64,000 nucleotides of DNA from an uncultured Actinomycetota bacterium (lineage in GTDB: Bacteria; Actinomycetota; Actinomycetes; JAFAQI01), in contig CAWIFV010000004.1 of assembly GCA_963835405.1 (NCBI GenBank), positions 135,506 through 199,505 of the forward strand, in the 5' to 3' direction. The notes below the pieces were generated by a model. It ran no database searches. It was not told the DNA's origin and was given only the letters and a program-made list of their open reading frames with translations. Positions 48,166 through 56,686 of the stretch are shown here, piece by piece; the first letter of the stretch is position 1, and every line of letters starts with the position of its first letter. The position numbers and the translations under genes are program-made.

Positions 48166-49074
48166 TCAGCCCGGCCCGGGAGCGAACGCCTCGAGCGCGG
48201 CGTGTGCCCGCCGCAGGCTGACATCCGGGTCGGCGTCCGGCGTCCCGATCTGCTCGTCGAAGTTCAGGTCGACGAACAGCTCCGTGGCGCCTTGGGCGGC
48301 GTAGGTGTCGATGTCGCGCCGGATCTTGTCGACGGTCCCGCTGAACGCCGCCTCCTCGTCCTCGTCGCGGACCCGCACCGCCGCGCGGATCACGATGCGG
48401 AACGCGTCCGGGTCGCGCCCCGCGTCGCTCGCCGCCTGCCGCAGGGTCGCGACGGCCGCGGGCAGCGCGGCGGCCTGGAACCGGCTCGCCGAGATCCAGC
48501 CGTCGGCCAGCTGCCCGGCCCGGCGCAGGGCCGGCGCTGCGGAGCCGCCGAGCAGCAGCGGCGGGTGCGGCCGTTGCACCGGCTTGGGATCGACGTACGA
48601 CGGCGGGACGGTGTAGAACTCGCCGCCGAACTCGACCGGGTCCTGGGTCCAGATCGCGCGCAGGCAGGCGATGAACTCCTCCGCCCGCGCCCCCCGGCGT
48701 TCGATCGGCACGTTGGCGGCCGCGAACTCGTCCGCACTCCAGCCCAGCCCGAGGCCGGCGTCGAGGCGGCCGTCGGACAGCACGTCGATGCTCGTCAACG
48801 CCTTCGCGAGCACGATGGGCGCGTAGAACGGCAGGTTGACGATGGCGATGCCCACCCTGGCGCGTTCGGTGACGGCGGCGAGGTAGGCCGCCACGGCGAG
48901 CGGGTCGTGCACGCTGCGGTACGGCGGCGGGATGGGGTCGGTGGCCGGGAAGAGCGTGCGCTGGAAGGTCCACAGTGAGGCATAGCCGAGCCGTTCCGCC
49001 TTCTGCGCCACCTCGCGGATCGTCGCGGGCGTGGCCCACGAGCCGGACACGGGCGCACCGAAGCCGATCTCCAT
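48166..49074 (-). CDS. LLM-class (luciferase-like) F420-dependent oxidoreductase
   Basis: MEIGFGAPVSG...AERLGYASLWTFQR...LDAGLGLGW...RPHPPLLLGG. Intact 302 aa. Confidence 0.7.
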   Translation of the reverse strand: MEIGFGAPVSGSWATPATIREVAQKAERLGYASLWTFQRTLFPATDPIPPPYRSVHDPLAVAAYLAAVTERARVGIAIVNLPFYAPIVLAKALTSIDVLSDGRLDAGLGLGWSADEFAAANVPIERRGARAEEFIACLRAIWTQDPVEFGGEFYTVPPSYVDPKPVQRPHPPLLLGGSAAPALRRAGQLADGWISASRFQAAALPAAVATLRQAASDAGRDPDAFRIVIRAAVRVRDEDEEAAFSGTVDKIRRDIDTYAAQGATELFVDLNFDEQIGTPDADPDVSLRRAHAALEAFAPGPG

Positions 49075-49148
49075 GCCCCCATCCTGTCCCCGGGCCGGGC
49101 CGGCGGACCCGGCCGGTCCCGGCAACGGCCGGTGGAGAGGATGGGGGG

Positions 49149-49880
49149 GTGGGAGGACTCGACGGACGACGCGCGCTGGTGACGGGCGGGGGTCGGGGGC
49201 TCGGCGCGGCCGTCGCCCGGGCTCTGGCCGCCGAAGGGGCGGCAGTGACCGTGTCCGGGCGGACGGCTGCCGACCTGGAGGCGGTGGCCGCGGACGTCGG
49301 TGGCGGCGCGCTCGTCGCCGACGTCGCCGACCGGGCCGGATGGCTGGCGGCGCTCGACCGCCTCGGCCCGATCGACGTCCTCGTCGCGAACGCCGGCGTC
49401 GTGTGGCCGCTGCGGAGCTTCGCTCTCACCGACCTCGAGGAGTGGGAGCAAGCGGTGGCGATCAACCTCCTCGGGGCGGTGCGGGCCGTGCGGGTCCTGC
49501 TGCCGGGGATGCTCGAGCGGGGCTGGGGTCGGATCGTGACGATCTCGAGCGGTGCGGCCGACCCGCCGGGAATGCCGGTGGCCAGCGCTTACAGCACCGG
49601 CAAGGCGGCGCTGGACATGTTCACGCTGCACCTGGCGGGTGAGCTCGACGGCAGCGGCGTCACCGCGCTCGCCCTGCGTCCAGGCGTGGTGGACACACCG
49701 ATGCAGACGTTCATGCGGTCGCTGCCTCGCGAGCAGGTCGGCGCCGCCTTTCACGACCGCTTCCACGGGCTGCACGAGCGTGGCGAGCTGCTGGCGCCGC
49801 AGACGGCTGCGGAGTGGATCGTCGGGCAGGTCCTCTCCGGTGCGACCGGGACCGTCGTCGACATCAGGACGGATCGATGA
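49149..49880 (+). CDS. SDR-family oxidoreductase
   Basis: GTG 49149. ALVTGGGRGLGAAVARAL, NAGV, SSGAA...YSTGKAAL. Intact. Confidence 0.8.
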   Translation: MGGLDGRRALVTGGGRGLGAAVARALAAEGAAVTVSGRTAADLEAVAADVGGGALVADVADRAGWLAALDRLGPIDVLVANAGVVWPLRSFALTDLEEWEQAVAINLLGAVRAVRVLLPGMLERGWGRIVTISSGAADPPGMPVASAYSTGKAALDMFTLHLAGELDGSGVTALALRPGVVDTPMQTFMRSLPREQVGAAFHDRFHGLHERGELLAPQTAAEWIVGQVLSGATGTVVDIRTDR

Positions 49881-50356
49881 CGCCGTACCGCATCGTCTTC
49901 GTCTGCCTCGGCAACATCTGCCGGTCACCGATCGCCGAGGTCGTGATGCGCGGGCTGCTGGCCGACAGCGGGCTCAGCGACCGGGTCACCGTGTCGAGCG
50001 CGGGCACCGGTGACTGGCACGTCGGCGAGCGCGCCGACCCCCGCACCCTCGACGTCCTCTCCCGGCACGGGTACGACGGCGCCGCGCATCGGGCCCGGCA
50101 GTTCCAGCCGGACTGGTTCACCGACCACGACCTCGTCGTGGCGATGGACTCCGCGAATCTCAGCGAGCTGCGTCGGCTCGCTCCTGCCGAGCACCGTGAC
50201 CGGGTGCGCCTGCTGCTGTCGTTCGTCGACGGTTCACCGACGGAGGTGCCCGACCCCTACTACCGCGGCGAGAGCGGGTTCGACGACGTCCTCGCCATGG
50301 TCGAGCGCGGCTGCCGCGCGCTGCTGGACCACGTCCGGGCCGAGCTCGCGGCGTGA
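49877..50356 (+). CDS. low-molecular-weight protein-tyrosine phosphatase
   Basis: ATGA overlap. Active site VFVCLGNICRSP, DPYY. Intact 159 aa. Confidence 0.9.
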   Translation: MTPYRIVFVCLGNICRSPIAEVVMRGLLADSGLSDRVTVSSAGTGDWHVGERADPRTLDVLSRHGYDGAAHRARQFQPDWFTDHDLVVAMDSANLSELRRLAPAEHRDRVRLLLSFVDGSPTEVPDPYYRGESGFDDVLAMVERGCRALLDHVRAELAA

Positions 50357-51168
50357 GGGTCGCGGGAGTCGAGCTCTGCGACGTCACCGCGACCACGGGC
50401 GGCGACATCTGCCGGTCGGTCAGCGGACGCACCGGTGCCGGGCGGCGCGTGTTCGCCAAGACCCTGGCCGACCCCCCGCCGGGATTCTTCACCGCCGAGG
50501 CCCGCGGCCTCGACTGGTTGCGGGTGCCGGAGGGGCCGCCGCTGCCCGCCGTCGTCGCCGTCGGCAGCGACGGCCTCGTGCTCGACTGGGTCGAGCCGGG
50601 CCGGCCGTCCCCCGAGAGCGCCGCGGAGCTCGGTCGCGCGCTCGCCACCATGCACGCGACCGGACCGAGCGGCTTCGGCGCCGATGCGGGTGGGTTCATC
50701 GGGCCGCTCCCGCTGGACAACGCGGCCGCCGACGGCTGGCCGGCTTTCTACGCCGAGCGGCGGCTTCGGCCCTACCTCGGTGCCTTGAGCGCCGAGGAGC
50801 GGCGTCCGGTCGAAGCCGTGTGCGACCGCATCGGCGAGCTGGCCGGACCCGCCGAGCCACCCGCGCGGATCCACGGCGACCTGTGGAGCGGCAACGTGCT
50901 GTGGGCGTCCGACGGCCGGGCCTGGCTCGTCGACGCGGCCAGTGCCCATGGTGGTCATCGCGAGACCGATCTCGCCATGCTCGCGCTGTTCGGCGTACCG
51001 CACCTCGAGCGCATCCTGGCGGCGTACGTCGAGCGGCACCCGCTCGCCGACGGGTGGCAGGCGCGGGTACCGCTGCACCAGCTGCACCCGCTGCTCGTGC
51101 ACGCCCGTCTGTTCGGCGGGTCCTACGGCGCCCGTGCCGCGTCCGCGGCGCGTGCGCTGCTGGGCTGA
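50353..51168 (+). CDS. fructosamine kinase family protein
   Basis: GTGA overlap. HGDLWSGNVLW...WLVDAASAHGGHRETDLAMLALFG. Intact 271 aa. Confidence 0.85.
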   Translation: MRVAGVELCDVTATTGGDICRSVSGRTGAGRRVFAKTLADPPPGFFTAEARGLDWLRVPEGPPLPAVVAVGSDGLVLDWVEPGRPSPESAAELGRALATMHATGPSGFGADAGGFIGPLPLDNAAADGWPAFYAERRLRPYLGALSAEERRPVEAVCDRIGELAGPAEPPARIHGDLWSGNVLWASDGRAWLVDAASAHGGHRETDLAMLALFGVPHLERILAAYVERHPLADGWQARVPLHQLHPLLVHARLFGGSYGARAASAARALLG

Positions 51169-51264
51169 CCGCGCGTTCTCCACAAGGCCGCCCGCCCGCT
51201 CGCGGTTCCACAGCCGCCTCGACGGGGCGGGCGTTCCGTGGGCGGCTGCGGCCATGGTGCGGAC

Positions 51265-52284
51265 ATGTCCAACGAACCCGCCGTCGTCCGGCTCGGCGAC
51301 CTCACCGACGTCGTGGCCACCGTCCCGTTCCTGCTCGGTTTCGAGCCCAGCGACAGCCTCGTCGCCGTCGCCCTGCGTGGCTCGCGGGAGCGGCTCACCT
51401 TCTCCGTCCGGGTCGACCTGCCGTCGCCGGACGACGAACGCGACGTGGCCGAGATGCTCGCCGCGAGCCTGGTGCAGGAGCGGGCGAAGGCGGCGCTGCT
51501 CTTCGTCTACACCGACGCGCCCGAGGACGGCCGGCGCTTGCCACGGCGGCGGCTCGTCGACACGGTGCGGCGCACGTTGCCGATGCCGCTGCGTGACGCG
51601 GTTCTCGTCACGGACCGCCGGGTGTGGTCCTACGTCTGCACGGACGTGCGGTGCTGCCCACCGGAGGGGCGGCTGCGCGACCCGGACGCGCCCGGCTCTC
51701 TCGCGGTCGCGGCGGCCTATGCGATGCAGGGCCACGCCGTGCTGCCGAGCCGGGAGGCCGTCGTGCGCTCGGTCGAGCCGGTGACCGGCAGCGCAGCGGA
51801 GTCGATGGGGCCCGCTCTCGACCGGGCGGGCATGGCGCGCGTCGCCGTGGGCGCGGAGGAGTTCGGCAGGTCCAGCCGGTTGCTGCTGGCCGATCTCTTC
51901 GACCGCTTCGCGGCGCCGCCTGCCCGGGTTACCGACGACGAGGTGGCGCAGGTCGTCCTGGCGCTGCACGACGTGCCGTTTCGGGACGAGGTCCTGGAGT
52001 GGTGCGGCCGGGAGCCGGATGTCGCTCGCGGCCTGTTCGGCCACGTCGGCCGGCATGCCCTCCCACCGGTCGACGCGCCGGCGTGCACGGTGCTCGGCTT
52101 CGTCGCCTACGTCCAGGGCGAGGGCGTGGCGGCGGCAACGGCGTTGGAGCGGGCGCTGCAGAGCGAGCCCGGCTACTCGATGGCGCGGTTGCTCCTCACG
52201 GCACTGCGCGGGCAGGTGCCGCCGCGGGAGATCCGCACGATCGTCGCGCCGGCACGGCGGGGCCGGTCAGCCCGCCGGGGATGA
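51265..52284 (+). CDS. DUF4192-like protein
   Basis: ATG 51265. VVATVPFLLGFEPSDSLVAVAL..., Cys pair VCTDVRCCPPEG. Intact. Confidence 0.65.
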   Translation: MSNEPAVVRLGDLTDVVATVPFLLGFEPSDSLVAVALRGSRERLTFSVRVDLPSPDDERDVAEMLAASLVQERAKAALLFVYTDAPEDGRRLPRRRLVDTVRRTLPMPLRDAVLVTDRRVWSYVCTDVRCCPPEGRLRDPDAPGSLAVAAAYAMQGHAVLPSREAVVRSVEPVTGSAAESMGPALDRAGMARVAVGAEEFGRSSRLLLADLFDRFAAPPARVTDDEVAQVVLALHDVPFRDEVLEWCGREPDVARGLFGHVGRHALPPVDAPACTVLGFVAYVQGEGVAAATALERALQSEPGYSMARLLLTALRGQVPPREIRTIVAPARRGRSARRG

Positions 52285-53181
52285 GCCGAAGGTGATGCCC
52301 TCCTCGTGCGCCAGCCACGCGACGTCGGGGGCGAAGTGCTCGTCGAGGCGCGCCCGCAGCTCTGCCGGCAGCGGCGGCCCGGCATCCGTGCGCTGCGCCG
52401 CGCGCAACCGCGCCCGGCCGCGTGCCAGCCGACCGGTGACCGGTGCCGGCAGCGCGCGCTTGAGGTAGGGGAAGGTGGGGCGGACGACACGGTCGAGGCG
52501 CGCGACGAGCGATTGTTCCCCGCTCGACGGGTTGTAGCGGACCGCGGTGTCGAAGGCGAACGAGTCGTCGACGCCGAGGAAGGCGCAGATCTGTGCGAGC
52601 GTCGCGGATGTCTCGCGGATGAGCGCGTCGTAGCCCACGACGAGGAGCCGGTCGCGCGCGAACACCTCGCGGTAGCGCCGGAGCTGCTCGGCGTAGGCGC
52701 TCGGCCGGACGAAGTGCGTCCCGGTGCGGTAGGGCTCGTAGGGCAGGGGCAGCTCGCGCTCGACCGCCGCGGCGAACGCCTCCGTCGTACGCTCGCCCAG
52801 GTCGTCGTACACGTAGGCGAAGTGGGACCAGGTCCGCTCGACCGGCTCGCGGACGATGGCGATGAGCCGGGCGTCCGGAGCCTGCTCGTGCACGAGCGCC
52901 GGGGTCTCGCGCGTGTAGAGGTAGAGCGGCGACGCCTCACCTCTCGCGGGTGCGTCCCGGGCGAACAGCCGCTCGTAGCGCGCGCGGTCCGGGACGGACT
53001 TCGCCAGCAGCCGGCGGTCGTCGCCGATGCACGGCCGCGGTCCCGTGGGGGTCTGCCGGAACAGGAAGTAGTTGGGCTCCTTGATCGAGGACATGCATAC
53101 GTCGGGGTGCTGGTCCAGGTAGTAGTGCAGCGACGTCGTCCCGCACCGCGCCGCCCCGAGGACGAGGAAGCTCGGCAGCAT
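52267..53181 (-). CDS. sulfotransferase family protein
   Basis: PAPS-binding 5'-PSB motif FLVLGAARCGTTSLHYYL, KEPNYF. ATG 53181 shares one base with the upstream TGA. Confidence 0.85.
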   Translation of the reverse strand: MLPSFLVLGAARCGTTSLHYYLDQHPDVCMSSIKEPNYFLFRQTPTGPRPCIGDDRRLLAKSVPDRARYERLFARDAPARGEASPLYLYTRETPALVHEQAPDARLIAIVREPVERTWSHFAYVYDDLGERTTEAFAAAVERELPLPYEPYRTGTHFVRPSAYAEQLRRYREVFARDRLLVVGYDALIRETSATLAQICAFLGVDDSFAFDTAVRYNPSSGEQSLVARLDRVVRPTFPYLKRALPAPVTGRLARGRARLRAAQRTDAGPPLPAELRARLDEHFAPDVAWLAHEEGITFGSSPAG

Positions 53182-53549
53182 CAGGCCGGGCTCGGCCGGC
53201 TGCGGCCGACGGCTTCCCGCACGGTGTCCGGGTCGCGCGCCACCCATGCCGACCCGTCCTCCGTCACGAGGATCGGGCGTTGCAGCAGGGACGGGTGCGC
53301 GACCAGCAGCTCGATCCAGCGCGCCCGTTCGCGCGGCAGGTCGGTCACGCCGAGGTCCTTGGCGAGCTGCTCACCGGTGCGGGTGACGTCCCACGGCTCG
53401 AGGTCGAGCGAGCCCAGGATCGCGTCGAGCTCGTCGGCCGTCGGCGGCTCGTCGAGGTAGCGCCTCAACTCGTAGTCGACTCCGGCCTCGTCGAGTGCCT
53501 CCTTGGCCATCCGGCACTTGGAGCACTTGGGGTTGAACCAGATCTGCAC
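53181..53549 (-). CDS. ArsC/Spx-family thioredoxin-fold protein
   Basis: MQIWFNPKCSKCRMAKEALDEAGVDYELRRYLDEPPTADEL...LLQRPIL. Intact 122 aa. Confidence 0.85.
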   Translation of the reverse strand: MQIWFNPKCSKCRMAKEALDEAGVDYELRRYLDEPPTADELDAILGSLDLEPWDVTRTGEQLAKDLGVTDLPRERARWIELLVAHPSLLQRPILVTEDGSAWVARDPDTVREAVGRSRPSPA

Positions 53550-53584
53550 CCGCCGAACCTACCCGCGGCGGGTCGCCCACGCGC

Positions 53585-54025
53585 CTACAGGTCGGGGCCG
53601 CGCAGGCCGCGGAACGGCTTGGGCGGCGGTTGCATCTGCGCGCGCGGGCACGACTCGAGCGTGAGACCGCCGTAGGCGAGCGGTTCGTCGCACAACCGCT
53701 CGACGCTCCAGCCCGCCTCGGTGCCGACGGGTGTGACGGTGACGCGGTAGAGCGTCACCTCGTAGCGGGTCGTCGCGCCGTACACGGCCTCGATGCATCC
53801 GACCAGGTGGCCGGCGGGGCTGCCCGTCGGGCCGACGCCCGGCAGGTTGTAGCGGTACCACTGCCGGGCCGTCGCCACCCAGTAGCCACCGTTCTCCACC
53901 GAGTGGGTCTTCAGGGCGGCGAGGATCGCGCGGGCCGCCTCCTCGGGGACGATGGCGGCCGGCCGGATGATCTCGGAGACCGCGCCGTCACCGTAGATCT
54001 CCATGCCGACGAGCTCTGGGTACAT
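53585..54025 (-). CDS. hypothetical protein (146 aa)
   Basis: ATG start, good third-position GC, no recognisable motif. Lies 35 bp upstream of the ArsC-like gene on the same strand. Confidence 0.55.
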   Translation of the reverse strand: MYPELVGMEIYGDGAVSEIIRPAAIVPEEAARAILAALKTHSVENGGYWVATARQWYRYNLPGVGPTGSPAGHLVGCIEAVYGATTRYEVTLYRVTVTPVGTEAGWSVERLCDEPLAYGGLTLESCPRAQMQPPPKPFRGLRGPDL

Positions 54026-54275
54026 GCCGCCTCACCATCTTCTGCGGGCGCGGGGGTCCGCGGCGCTCCTTGAGGGATCGGCGCCCGCACCGGGTCGGGT
54101 TGATCGGGCGGCCCCAGCTTCACCCGATCGGCCCAGGCGCACCACACCGTCGACTGCCCACCCCGTCGGGTGCAAGGCTGGGTGGCCGCTCCGCACGGAA
54201 TCGGACATCGCGGCATCGGACATCGCGGCATCGGACACGGGACGTCGCACTCGATCATCACGGGAAGGGGTGGCC

Positions 54276-55107
54276 ATGGCCGAGCTCACCGGGGACGACC
54301 TGCGCGGGTCGCGGTTCGACCGCGTCGACCTGACCGGGTCGCGGTTCGACCGCGTCGACCTGACCGGGTCGCGGTTCGACCGCGTCGACCTGTCCGGCGC
54401 CGAGCTCTGCGCCGTCGACCTGTCCCGCGCCCGCCTCCGCGGCGTCGATCTGACCGGCGCCGTCCTGCGGGGCGTCGAGATGGTCGACGTCCGGATCGAC
54501 GGCGAGGTGGCGAACCTCGTGGTCAACGGCGTCGACGTGACGCCGCTGGTCGAGGCAGAGCTCGACCGTCGCGACCCCGACCGGGCGCGGATGCGGCCGA
54601 CCGACCCGGCCGGCTTCCGTGCGGCGTGGGACGTCGTCGAGCGGCGCTGGGCCGACACCGTCGACCGGGCGCGCGGCCTCGACCACGCGCTGCTGCACGA
54701 GTCCGTCGACGGCGAGTGGTCGTTCATCGAGACGTTGCGCCACCTCGTCTTCGCCACCGACGCGTGGGTCCGCCGCGCCCTCCTCGGCGATCCCGTCACC
54801 CTGGCACCCGTTGGGCCTGCCGTGGGACGAGATGCCCGACACCCCGGGGGTCCCGCGCGACCGCGGGGCGCGCCCGTCGCTCGACGAGGTGTTGGCGCTG
54901 CGCCGGGACCGGATGGCGACCGTCCGCGCGTTCGTCGACGGCCTGACCGATGCGTCCCTCGCCGCCGACACCGAGCCCGTCGAGGGGCCGGGATGGCCGC
55001 CGGCGCGCAGCTTCGCGGTCCGCGAGTGCCTGCTGGTCGTCCTCAACGAGGAGTGGTGCCACCGGCTGTTCGCCGAACGCGACCTCGCCGTGCTGACCAC
55101 CGGCTGA
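54276..55107 (+). pseudogene. pentapeptide-repeat protein fused to a DinB-like domain, one frame shift near 54795
   Basis: ATG 54276. LRGSRFDRVDLTGSRFDRVDLTGSRFDRVDLSGAELCAVDLSRARLRGVDLTGAVLRGVEM, then WSFIETLRHLVFATDAWVRRALLG / ...LNEEWCHRLFAERDLAVL. Confidence 0.65.
54305..54394. repeat. 30-bp tandem repeat x3 inside the pentapeptide gene
   Basis: CGGGTCGCGGTTCGACCGCGTCGACCTGAC at 54305, 54335 and 54365. The only difference is A to T in the last unit. Confidence 0.95.
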
Positions 55108-55128
55108 CGCGTGCAACGGCCGGCCGCG

Positions 55129-55953
55129 TCACCGGCCCTTGAACGTCGGCTCCCGTTTCTCGACGAACGCCTGCGCCGCCTCGCGGTGGTCTTCCGTCGT
55201 CCCGGTGTGGGCGTGGTGGACGACCTCGAGGTCCGAGCACTCGAGGAGGTCGCCGTGCACCGCGCGGTTGAGGTTCTCCTTCATGTGCCGCAGCGCGATA
55301 CGCGGCCCCTGTGCGAGCCGACGGGCACGTGCCATGACCTCGTCCATGAGCGCCTCGGCGGGGAACACCGCGTTGACCAGGCCGAGCCGCTCGGCGTCGG
55401 TCGCGGTGAGCCGGTCGGAGAAGAAGTAGAGCTCCTTCGCCTTCGCGCTGCCCACCAGCCGGCTGAGCAGCCACGTCCCCGCGTAGTCGCCGGAGAAGCC
55501 GACCCGCGCGAACGCCGTCGTCAGCACCGCGGTGTCCGCGGCGTACCGCAGGTCGCACGCGAGGGCGAGCGCCAGCCCGGCACCCGCGGCCGGGCCGGGC
55601 AACGCGGCGATGGTCGGCTTACCCATCCGCCACAGCCGGACGCTCGTGTCGCGTTGGTTGAGCTGCTGGCGGTGCACGAGATCGTCGTACGACGACGCGA
55701 GGTCCTGCTGCGAACGTTCGGCCATCATCTTCACGTCACCACCGGCGCAGAAGGCCCCGCCGGCGCCGGTGACCACCACCGCGCCGACGCCGTCGTCGGC
55801 CTCGAGCCGGCCCAGGACGCCGCCGAGGGCCTCGATCATCTCGGGGGAGAAGGCGTTGCGCCGCTCCGGCCGGTTCAGCGTCACGACCGCGACCCCGTCG
55901 TCGACGTGCGCCAGGACGACGGTGGTGCCGGTGTCGATGTCCTGCATGCTCAT
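55129..55953 (-). CDS. enoyl-CoA hydratase/isomerase family protein
   Basis: VTLNRPERRNAF, VVVTGAGGAFCAGGD, GPAAGAGLALALACD. ATGA overlap with the upstream gene. Confidence 0.88.
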   Translation of the reverse strand: MSMQDIDTGTTVVLAHVDDGVAVVTLNRPERRNAFSPEMIEALGGVLGRLEADDGVGAVVVTGAGGAFCAGGDVKMMAERSQQDLASSYDDLVHRQQLNQRDTSVRLWRMGKPTIAALPGPAAGAGLALALACDLRYAADTAVLTTAFARVGFSGDYAGTWLLSRLVGSAKAKELYFFSDRLTATDAERLGLVNAVFPAEALMDEVMARARRLAQGPRIALRHMKENLNRAVHGDLLECSDLEVVHHAHTGTTEDHREAAQAFVEKREPTFKGR

Positions 55954-56663
55954 CCCTTCACGGTGCTCCGGTCGAAGGCCACGCCCGCGATCGTCGTCGT
56001 ACCAGCGACACCCCGCACGTCGACGGTCACACCGACGATGCCGTCGGCCCCACCCGCATCGGTGCGGACGAAGCGCACCTGCTGCCGGCCCGCGTCGAGG
56101 TCGAGGCTCGTGCCGATGGGTGCCACGCCGAGCACCTCGCCCCAGCGGCGGGCGGTCCCCTCGGGGTCGGCGACCGCGACGACGAGCCCGCGCAGCCCTC
56201 CCGGGCCGTACGACGGCACCGCGCCCTCCCATGCCGGTCCCCCCCAGCGCCAGGAACCGGGCGGGTGGCAGACATCCACCGCGACGATGGCGCCGGGCAC
56301 GTCCTTCGGGTGCAGGTGGAGGTCGACGATGTCGTCGTGCGCGGTCTCCCACACGACCCGGACACCGGCGGCGCTCAGCCGGGCACGCTGCTCGTCGATG
56401 TCGGCGACCTCGACCATGGCCATGTAGCCACAGTCGCCACCGTGCCGGGCCAGTTGGCGGCCGGCGGCGGTGTCGGGGCGGACGGGCGAGACGACCTCGA
56501 GGAAGGTATCGCCGAGGGCGTAGACGGCGTTCGCCAGCCCGAAGTGGCCGACACCGGGGTCACGGAACGGGTCACGAACCCCCAGCCCCTGCTCGATCGC
56601 GGCGCACGTGCTCTCGAGGTCTGCGGCGGCGACGACCGCCTGCCGCAGCCGGGGGAGTGGCAT
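55950..56663 (-). CDS. VOC/glyoxalase-like family protein
   Basis: Two beta-alpha-beta-beta-beta-like halves (FGLANAVYALGDTFLEVVSP..., GLVVAVADPEGTARRWGEVLG). Intact 237 aa. Confidence 0.6.
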   Translation of the reverse strand: MPLPRLRQAVVAAADLESTCAAIEQGLGVRDPFRDPGVGHFGLANAVYALGDTFLEVVSPVRPDTAAGRQLARHGGDCGYMAMVEVADIDEQRARLSAAGVRVVWETAHDDIVDLHLHPKDVPGAIVAVDVCHPPGSWRWGGPAWEGAVPSYGPGGLRGLVVAVADPEGTARRWGEVLGVAPIGTSLDLDAGRQQVRFVRTDAGGADGIVGVTVDVRGVAGTTTIAGVAFDRSTVKG

Positions 56664-56686
56664 GGGGCGAACTGTAGTGCGAGAAC

